Below are positions 9,777 to 16,076 of a stretch of DNA of 32,000 bases, piece by piece. Both the position numbers and the translations under genes were made by a program. The first letter of the stretch is position 1. Each line of letters starts with the position of its first letter. Under the pieces are notes generated by a model that was not told where the DNA came from, searched no databases, and saw nothing but the letters and a program-made list of their open reading frames with translations. This DNA comes from Pelotomaculum isophthalicicum JI (GTDB lineage: Bacteria > Bacillota > Desulfotomaculia > Desulfotomaculales > Pelotomaculaceae), in assembly GCF_029478095.1 (NCBI RefSeq), contig NZ_JAKOAV010000015.1, positions 3,332 through 35,331 of the forward strand. The letters run 5' to 3'.

Positions 9777-9816
9777 AAAATTTAAAAGGGTTGGTTCCCT
9801 TTGAGAGAACCAACCC
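9777..9816 (-). terminator. Intrinsic terminator-like hairpin after the LpdD-like gene (alternatively an activator-binding inverted repeat)
   Basis: Minus strand reads GGGTTGGTTC-tctcaaagg-GAACCAACCC followed by TTTTAAATTTT. Confidence 0.55.
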
Positions 9817-9946
9817 CGTATTTCATACCGTTCAAAGTATTCAAATATTTGAAATTTTAATTACAATTTTTATAATTTTCTTACATTTCACAATATATTT
9901 AATTGCTAAAATTAATAATTATTTTTAATGATAATTTTATTCAGTT

Positions 9947-10336
9947 TTAAATAGGCCTTAATAATCTTTCCAAAATAAATATTTGCGCCACATAGTTGCA
10001 ATTTTCCATAATCTTTTTGATTTCTTCCGGTCCGGCATTGTCCACGTGTATACCTGCAACTACTACCACAGGTTTACCAAAAGCTAATGCTATTTTTTCC
10101 GCAATAGGTTTGGCTACTTCGTCATCTTTATGACCTAACAAAGGTATAACGCTTGTGTTGCAGCTAACTTTAGTATTGTCGGATATGCTGGGCCTGGTCA
10201 GGCTTATTGCAACTGCTCCTACATGCGGCTTATCGCCACCATAAAGATGTGCGACTAAACCGTCTCCGGTAATTGAAACCATCAAGTCAACCCTGTATTT
10301 CCCAAGACCCGCAGTATATAAAACTTGTTCCGCCAA
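9947..10336 (-). CDS. Small LpdD-like protein (putative prenylated-flavin chaperone / UbiD partner)
   Basis: 129 aa. GGDKPHVGAVAISL...VIPLLGHKDDEVAKPIAEKIA...VVVAGIHVDNA resembles my recollection of LpdD/ShdD-type subunits of UbiD decarboxylases. TTG start with SD AGGGAGGGA. It has its own sigma-54 promoter. Confidence 0.5.
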   Translation of the reverse strand: MAEQVLYTAGLGKYRVDLMVSITGDGLVAHLYGGDKPHVGAVAISLTRPSISDNTKVSCNTSVIPLLGHKDDEVAKPIAEKIALAFGKPVVVVAGIHVDNAGPEEIKKIMENCNYVAQIFILERLLRPI

Positions 10337-10386
10337 TTTATTCCCTCCCTAAAGGACTCATAAATTAAAAGCTGCTTAATATTAAT

Positions 10387-10402
10387 TGCAATTTATATGC
10401 CA
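10387..10402 (-). promoter_or_regulatory. Sigma-54 (-24/-12) promoter driving the LpdD-like gene
   Basis: Minus strand reads TGGCATATAAATTGCA, a near-perfect match to TGGCAC-N5-TTGCA, about 50 nt upstream of the TTG start at 10336. Confidence 0.75.
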
Positions 10403-10455
10403 AGTCTATTCCCAACAAATTCAGCTTTTTGTTACGATCTCTATCCTTAGCTTGT

Positions 10456-10494
10456 AAAACTTAAAAGGGTTGGTCACCTTTAGAGAACCAACCC
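10456..10494 (-). terminator. Intrinsic terminator-like hairpin after activator copy 2 (paralogous to 9777..9816)
   Basis: Minus strand reads GGGTTGGTTCtctaaaggTGACCAACCC (8 bp perfect plus mismatches) followed by TTTTAAGTTTT. Confidence 0.5.
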
Positions 10495-10537
10495 TGTATT
10501 TCATACTATATTAATATCCTTGCTGTCCTTATTTGGG

Positions 10538-11896
10538 TTAATCACATTTAAACTTTCGCAATTTATTATATAATGTTGTTAAAGAGATACCTAACGCTTG
10601 GGCAGCTTCTTTTTTGCCGGCCAAGGAAGGGCCGTACTTTGCGAGTGCACGGCTTATCATCGACCTTTCCAGTTCCTCTAACGAGACAATGGATTCAGGT
10701 TTTTGAGAAGGCAGTGGCGACAGGCAAATATCATCCGCCTTGATCCATTCCCCGTCACATAGAGTGCCGGCTTTTTCCAGAACATTTTCCAATTCACGAA
10801 TATTTCCCGGCCAGCAGTGGTTTGCCAACTTGCCTAAAGCTTCATTTTCCAAACCTTTTATTACCCTACCAACCCGGCAGCTAATTTTAGGCAGCAAGTT
10901 CCGCGCTACCAAGGGAATATCGTCAATTCGTTCACGCAGCGGTGGAATCTCTATACTCACTACATTCAACCGGTAATATAAATCTATTCGAAACAAATCC
11001 TTTGTAATTAATTCCTCTAAGTTCCGGTTGGTCGCGGCGATCACACGCGTATTTACTTTTATTTCTTTAGTGCCCCCCAAGCGACGGAACTTTCCGCTCT
11101 GGAGCACCTGCAGCAGTTTGGCCTGCAGCCGCAAATCCATATCTCCAATCTCATCCAGAAAAATAGTCCCTTGATTAGCTAATTCGAAAGTCCCAATTTT
11201 TTGATGACCTGCTCCAGTAAATGAACCTTTTTCATAGCCGAAAAATTCACTTTCCAAGAGACTATCCGGAACGGCCGCGCAATTCACATTAACAAACGGC
11301 TGATACCGACGTGTGCTGTTATTATGAATGGCTTCAGCGAACAACTGCTTTCCCGTACCGCTTTCCCCTCGTAAAAGTACGGTGGAGTCTGTCCGTGAAA
11401 CTCGCTTAGCTATAGTTACGGCTTCTTTAAAACATTGAGTTTGACCAGCTATTGTATTAAAATCATATATTGCCTGTCCAATTTGATTGGACCTATCTGA
11501 AGAGATCCGAATGTCTTCCCGGGCTTTAGCTAATTTATCTAACATGTTCATCGCTTCCGGGACTCCACGAAAGAATACAATTGCCCCAACAAACTGGTTG
11601 TCAATGTGGATCGGAAAGGCGTTGGAAAGGACTTCAGTTTGAGCTCCCGGTGGCAAATGTTTTTTGCCAAAAACCGGTTGACCAGTCAATATAACCTCTG
11701 TTAATGCTCCATACGGGTTCGTTTTTAATATATTTTGACCAATTCTTTTCTGTCCGTCATTTCTACAAATTAAAGTGTATGAATTATTGGCATAGACAAT
11801 ATTGCCTTCGCGATCAGCAAGAAGAATTCCCTCCGGGGAAGAGTCTAAAACTGCGCGCCCCAGTATACCGATACTTTCTACAAGGCTATTAAACAA
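10538..11896 (-). CDS. Sigma-54-dependent transcriptional activator, copy 2 (paralogue of 965..2338)
   Basis: Same domain order and motifs as copy 1 (GESGTGK, GSFTGAG, WPGNIRELEN, C-terminal HTH). TTG start with SD GGGAGTGA. The roughly 40-bp leader is also conserved with copy 1. Confidence 0.9.
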   Translation of the reverse strand: MFNSLVESIGILGRAVLDSSPEGILLADREGNIVYANNSYTLICRNDGQKRIGQNILKTNPYGALTEVILTGQPVFGKKHLPPGAQTEVLSNAFPIHIDNQFVGAIVFFRGVPEAMNMLDKLAKAREDIRISSDRSNQIGQAIYDFNTIAGQTQCFKEAVTIAKRVSRTDSTVLLRGESGTGKQLFAEAIHNNSTRRYQPFVNVNCAAVPDSLLESEFFGYEKGSFTGAGHQKIGTFELANQGTIFLDEIGDMDLRLQAKLLQVLQSGKFRRLGGTKEIKVNTRVIAATNRNLEELITKDLFRIDLYYRLNVVSIEIPPLRERIDDIPLVARNLLPKISCRVGRVIKGLENEALGKLANHCWPGNIRELENVLEKAGTLCDGEWIKADDICLSPLPSQKPESIVSLEELERSMISRALAKYGPSLAGKKEAAQALGISLTTLYNKLRKFKCD

Positions 11897-11949
11897 GAAT
11901 TTTCACTCCCTGAGTTAATTATTCTCACCATTGTAGTGGCCAGGGCGAT

Positions 11950-11955
11950 ATTATA
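11950..11955 (-). promoter_or_regulatory. Candidate sigma-70 -10 box (TATAAT) for activator copy 2
   Basis: Minus strand reads gacTATAATatc, 54 nt upstream of the TTG start. The -35 region is poor (TTAAAT). Confidence 0.3.
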
Positions 11956-12239
11956 GTCACATTATTGACATTATTTAAACTAATCCGATAATTTTGCAAA
12001 TTGTCCAGCTTTATAACTCCGATAATGTAAATAGCCACGTAATTTGTTCCATTACTGGCTAACCAAAGTAACTACCGGCAGATGGTTTCATAAACAATCT
12101 CATTTAAGCCATTAACCCGGTTTTATTTAATCTTATACATTTAGATGATTAACTATAGTAGTTCGTCATATTACTATGATATGCCTTCTATTTCAAGAAA
12201 AAAGTTTTACATAAATTGCAACATAATTTGACAAATGGG

Positions 12240-12493
12240 AAGGAGCGGGTACTGCTCCCTTATGTCTATTACGTTTGCTGAATACTCAAGTATGTGGAAA
12301 TAGCGGTTTTCAAGATCGGAGAAAAAGGTATACTGTCTTGGAGTTTTTATACCAATTTCCCGGTGCGATCTGCCGGTTGAAGGTACATCTTGAACAGAAA
12401 GCCACGGCTTATAATCTACGCCAATGCCCTGACCACGTCCTTCCTTCAGCCACCTTTCAATTTTCCTTTTTACCGCGTTGACGTTTGGCCATA
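12240..12493 (-). pseudogene. tnsA: Frameshifted, 3'-truncated tnsA (Tn7-type transposase endonuclease subunit) remnant
   Basis: Own translation. ATG at 12493 gives MAKRQRGKKEN*. The +1 frame continues KIERWLKEGRGQGIGVDYKPWLSVQDVPSTGRSHREIGIKTPRQYTFFSDLENRYFHILEYSANVIDIREQYPLLP. This aligns almost residue for residue with Tn7 TnsA as I recall it (..IARRIKEGRGQGHGKDYIPWLTVQEVPSSGRSHRI..HHLLSDLELAVFLSLEW..VLDIREQFPLLP). Similarity stops abruptly after PLLP, around 12240. Confidence 0.85.
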
Positions 12494-12550
12494 AAATATG
12501 GCACCCCCTGTCTATACTACCATTGTATAACAGAAAGTGCCAAAGGTAAA

Positions 12551-12610
12551 TACATTTATTATTTTAAATATACATCTTTTATTTTAAAACTACTTTTACT
12601 ATTTTAAATC
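12551..12610. repeat. Three contiguous 20-bp direct repeats (TACWTYTWYT-ATTTTAAA-NN); candidate TnsB-binding sites of the decayed element's right end
   Basis: tacatttattattttaaata / tacatcttttattttaaaac / tacttttactattttaaatc. 14 of 20 positions are invariant, the period is exactly 20 bp, and the repeats sit 57 bp upstream of the tnsA remnant start. Confidence 0.8.
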
Positions 12611-12636
12611 CACAAAAATCTGTTTGTGTAAAATAA

Positions 12637-12765
12637 TGTTGTACACTAACAGACTCCATCACACAATGATTACTCAACTAAAAAGCAATTAACACAAAAA
12701 AATAGTTGTACACTATAATTCTAGCGTTTTATACTTTATTGAAATATATAGTTGTACACTATAAA
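12637..12765 (-). mobile_element. Putative left (cargo-distal) end of the Tn7-like transposon: three direct GTTGTACACTA repeats
   Basis: GTTGTACACTA occurs at 12638-12648, 12705-12715 and 12751-12761 with similar A/T-rich flanks. The outermost copy is preceded by TGT (12637). The dispersed three-site layout over about 130 bp resembles Tn7 left ends. It lies directly downstream of the last cargo gene. Confidence 0.6.
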
Positions 12766-12790
12766 TTATGTTTGACGTTTCCAATTGTAT

Positions 12791-15577
12791 TTAAACCAGC
12801 TCTACTAACCCCAGCAATTTGGCCGAAAACATTGCACCTTCTGGCAATGCACCTTTATATTGCAATTCCCTCTGCAACATTGGCGGTATAACTTCGGATA
12901 TTATGTGTTCTAACCAATCAGCAGTAAAGCCATCCCCAAGGCTAGGTTGCAATTGTTGTAACATCGTCCACGCTTGTTCTATACTTCTGGTTCTTTCCCC
13001 TTCCCTATTAACTCCTAAAGGTATTATCAAACGCTGTATTTGCCCCTTAGCCCCTAAAACCTCAATATGCCATACAGTTAAAACTCCAGTATTATTTAGC
13101 GATGGGATTTTACCACGCAAAGCTCTGTCTTCTGGTGGAAGGTTTGTGTATGCCTCTAACAATTGCTGTATTAACGGATGCTCCAGCCCTAAAAGCGATA
13201 GATTTTCATCTTCAATGGCAATATCTCTTTGGGTAGTAAAACGAACGGATTGCCCATTACCAATATCAGCAATATACGTTTTACCTTTTTCTACTTCTAT
13301 TAACTTCCCATTTTTATATTGTAAAGCTATGGTGGCAAAATGTATTAATCTGAGCATGCCAGCCCCTTTGTCATCATGGGCTTGATAATCAGAAATATTA
13401 AAACCTTCCAAGTCTTGAAAAAGCTCAAAAACAACATTCCTTGCCCTGGCGGCGTTCTCCATAGCCACCTCAATTTCCTGACGGGTACGGCGCAATGCTG
13501 GATCGCGGACCGCATCCTGATACAGGCGGTCGTAAGACAGCCGCTCAAACAACTGTCCCAATATCTGACTACGCAAATCTTCTGATACTTGCCCGTTCTC
13601 GTCAACTTTACCCAATGTCCTGGCGATCTCTTTTAATTTTTCCTCTAACATTAAATATATTTTGCCTTCAATTGTGTCTGCAGCAACAAAATTATAGACC
13701 TGGGCAGTAGACTTCTGACCATAACGGTGAATACGGCCAATCCTTTGCTCCAAATCCATTGGATTCCATGGTAAGTCATGATTAAAAAGAATCCGAGAGA
13801 ATTGAAGGTTTATACCCTCGCGGCCTGCAGCAGTGCAAATTAACACCCTGGGGCCATCCGGCCGTTTGAACCTTTTCTCCGCCGCTGTCTTGGAACCGTG
13901 GTCCCCACCCTTAAGCACTTCCACACCCTGGCCGGGAAAGGTACTCTCGATTGCTCCCTTTATACTGTCTACACTTCCCAAATAGGTGGTAAAGATAACC
14001 ACTTTCTCACTTTGATTGGCCTGCCATATTTCACCTAACGCTCTGAGCAACTCAATTATTTTTGTTTCAATACCACCCGGGAAACGTTCCAGCAGACTAA
14101 AAATACGCCTGCGCTCTTCCGGCAGGGCTAAAGATACAAAATCTGCAGCCGCTTCTTCAGCAGTTCCGGCAGCGATATCACTCGTCCCTTGCAAATCATA
14201 ATTAAGGATGAATGTTTCAGACTCCTCAATTTTTCGCAATACTCTTAAACGATAATCAGCCAAAATACGTTCTGCTTCGGCCCTCCCAATGGGATCAAAA
14301 GGCACATCAAACATATCATGAATCAGCGCGCGGGCTTCAGAAAGGGCGTTATCCCGGCCATCTACATCCATATTCTGATCACAGTGAATTGCTTCATGAA
14401 TTGTTAACATTAATAGTCGCCGGCGCAGTGTTTTTTTGACTGCGGCAAAACTGGATGCCGCGATTTTTTGAAAAATGGTCATGACAAAACCAAGGGCTCT
14501 ACCCTTTCCGCCTTGAGTTTCAGCCAAATTATAACCATCCCGCAAGTAATCCTGCAGAGCATTATAGAATTTTAATTCATCATTATTTAAATGAAAAGCT
14601 TGTGTATTAACAAGCCTCCGGGCGAAAATGGGACGGCCATCCGCTTTACAGGCATCAGCCTTTGTGCGCCTTATCACCACAGCATTTAAACGGTGACGGC
14701 TTTCCACCATTTCCTGCTCATTTTGGAATAGGGTCGGGTCCAATAAACGTACTAGCATCCAAAAACGGAAATGGTCCCCCTGATGTGGAGTAGCCGAAAG
14801 CAATAATAAATCCCGGCAATGGTCCCGGATTGCTTCTGATAATTTATAATTCTCGGTTTTTTTAACCCTCCGCCCATTTTTGTAAGCTGAAAGATGGTGC
14901 GCCTCATCAAATACCACCAAATCCCAGGGGGGAGCTTCCAGCAAACGCTTAACTCTTGCTGGCCGCTTCAAAGTATCGACCGAGGCAATTAACCGATTAT
15001 GTTTGGCAAAAGCATTTGATTTTCGGTCCGTGACATCACCTTCGGAACCAAATATTTCAAAATCAAGGTTAAATGTTTCATTTAACTCCCTGGCCCAGTT
15101 ATTGACTAGCCCCGCCGGCACAATCATTAAAGCCCTTTTCATCTGTCCGCGGGAAGCCAGTTCGCGAAGGATCAAGGCTGTTTCAACAGTTTTTCCGAGA
15201 CCTACCTCATCGGCAATTAAGTATCTTCGCGGTGATGCCATAGCCAGTCTATGTACTAGCACTACCTGATGGGGAAGTAAATCAACTTTAGCTGAAGTAA
15301 GAGTGCTGGCACTCTCCATAAGGGGTAGCTGTTCAGCCTCCCAGGACAGCCATAATAGCTCAAGATTTTTCGGGCTAACTTGGCGCAAACCCGATATTAC
15401 CCTTTGCTCCCAGGTTAATTGACGACGTAACGTTTCTACAGGAACTTGCCGTAGGCCAACAGACTTAAAAAAAACCGCCGCATAACCACCGGGGCTAAAC
15501 GCAGTGATTACACCCTCACCAAGATCCGGGTGATAAACTGACTGACCCGGCTTAAAATCAGGAATAACGGCGGACAT
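12791..15577 (-). CDS. SNF2/Rad54-family helicase (BrxHII-like)
   Basis: 928 aa. Motif I is LIADEVGLGKTVE, motif II DLVVFDEAHHL, motif III LLLSATPHQG, motif V LICTAAGREGINLQ and motif VI HDLPWNPMDLEQRIGRIHRYGQ. The ATG overlaps the upstream gene by 20 nt. Confidence 0.9.
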   Translation of the reverse strand: MSAVIPDFKPGQSVYHPDLGEGVITAFSPGGYAAVFFKSVGLRQVPVETLRRQLTWEQRVISGLRQVSPKNLELLWLSWEAEQLPLMESASTLTSAKVDLLPHQVVLVHRLAMASPRRYLIADEVGLGKTVETALILRELASRGQMKRALMIVPAGLVNNWARELNETFNLDFEIFGSEGDVTDRKSNAFAKHNRLIASVDTLKRPARVKRLLEAPPWDLVVFDEAHHLSAYKNGRRVKKTENYKLSEAIRDHCRDLLLLSATPHQGDHFRFWMLVRLLDPTLFQNEQEMVESRHRLNAVVIRRTKADACKADGRPIFARRLVNTQAFHLNNDELKFYNALQDYLRDGYNLAETQGGKGRALGFVMTIFQKIAASSFAAVKKTLRRRLLMLTIHEAIHCDQNMDVDGRDNALSEARALIHDMFDVPFDPIGRAEAERILADYRLRVLRKIEESETFILNYDLQGTSDIAAGTAEEAAADFVSLALPEERRRIFSLLERFPGGIETKIIELLRALGEIWQANQSEKVVIFTTYLGSVDSIKGAIESTFPGQGVEVLKGGDHGSKTAAEKRFKRPDGPRVLICTAAGREGINLQFSRILFNHDLPWNPMDLEQRIGRIHRYGQKSTAQVYNFVAADTIEGKIYLMLEEKLKEIARTLGKVDENGQVSEDLRSQILGQLFERLSYDRLYQDAVRDPALRRTRQEIEVAMENAARARNVVFELFQDLEGFNISDYQAHDDKGAGMLRLIHFATIALQYKNGKLIEVEKGKTYIADIGNGQSVRFTTQRDIAIEDENLSLLGLEHPLIQQLLEAYTNLPPEDRALRGKIPSLNNTGVLTVWHIEVLGAKGQIQRLIIPLGVNREGERTRSIEQAWTMLQQLQPSLGDGFTADWLEHIISEVIPPMLQRELQYKGALPEGAMFSAKLLGLVELV

Positions 15578-16076
15578 AAAATCCTCCCCCGATTTCTTTT
15601 ACAACTTCATTTCGATGCACATTATTATCCTCGACCATGATTATTTGCGCTTCCCTCGCCACACCGTTCCAAAGAGCAAAGGTTACATTCAGTTCATGTC
15701 CCCCCCGCAAACGTAAATAGGCGTGTTCGTTGGAATCGATTCGCCATTGCCGCCAATTGCAATTACAGCCGAAAACAATTCCTACATTGTTGCCATAAAA
15801 GTCCTGCACCCGTACAATCAATCGTTGAACTCGGTTGCGTAAAAACGTAAAAGCTGCCTCAGAATCCAGCGTCTCTAAAACGGTTTGCAACCCGACAACA
15901 AATATAGTTTTACCATCCCCAGATGGGATGGTAGATGGTAGTTTTCCTCCGATCCAGTTAAGGGCCTTATGCAAGGGTATTTGCACTCCATTTTCTAGTA
16001 GGGGGCTCAATAATTGGGCATCCCATATTAAACTGCTGCCCGAACGTAACCAGCCATTACCCCTTATCTCTCTCAA
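15558..16076 (-). CDS. 172-aa protein of unknown function (candidate DUF3780-, BrxF- or BrxB-like accessory component)
   Basis: There is no ATG in the first ~150 codons. The TTG start at 16076 overlaps the methyltransferase stop (gcTTGA). Both ends are overlapped by neighbouring genes. It contains SGDGKTIFVVG, a degenerate P-loop-like string of uncertain meaning. Confidence 0.6.
   Translation of the reverse strand: MREIRGNGWLRSGSSLIWDAQLLSPLLENGVQIPLHKALNWIGGKLPSTIPSGDGKTIFVVGLQTVLETLDSEAAFTFLRNRVQRLIVRVQDFYGNNVGIVFGCNCNWRQWRIDSNEHAYLRLRGGHELNVTFALWNGVAREAQIIMVEDNNVHRNEVVKEIGGGFYVRRYS

Noticed and set aside
9841-9852. 12-bp palindrome TCAAATATTTGA in the AT-rich tract downstream of the LpdD-like gene
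   Set aside because: Short AT-only palindromes are expected by chance in a region of roughly 20% GC. There is no second copy in the paralogous cassette.
11937-12240. Left end of the decayed Tn7-like element, or other structured element, in the AT-rich 300 bp between activator copy 2 and the tnsA remnant
   Set aside because: I found only weak, unconvincing similarity to the inverted 20-bp repeat (e.g. gttttatttaatcttatacat near 12120). That is not enough to call an end.
12275-12481. 68-aa plus-strand ORF
   Set aside because: It is the antisense shadow of the tnsA remnant, whose minus-strand translation matches Tn7 TnsA closely.
12551-12610. Possible CRISPR array (regular 20-bp repeats)
   Set aside because: The repeats are contiguous with no spacers, there are only three units, they are too short and AT-rich, and no cas genes are present. 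They are better explained as transposase (TnsB-type) binding sites.
12706-12891. 61-aa plus-strand ORF spanning the transposon end and the helicase 3' end
   Set aside because: It is AT-rich, has no RBS, crosses the terminal repeat region and overlaps the helicase stop. It is most likely a chance ORF.
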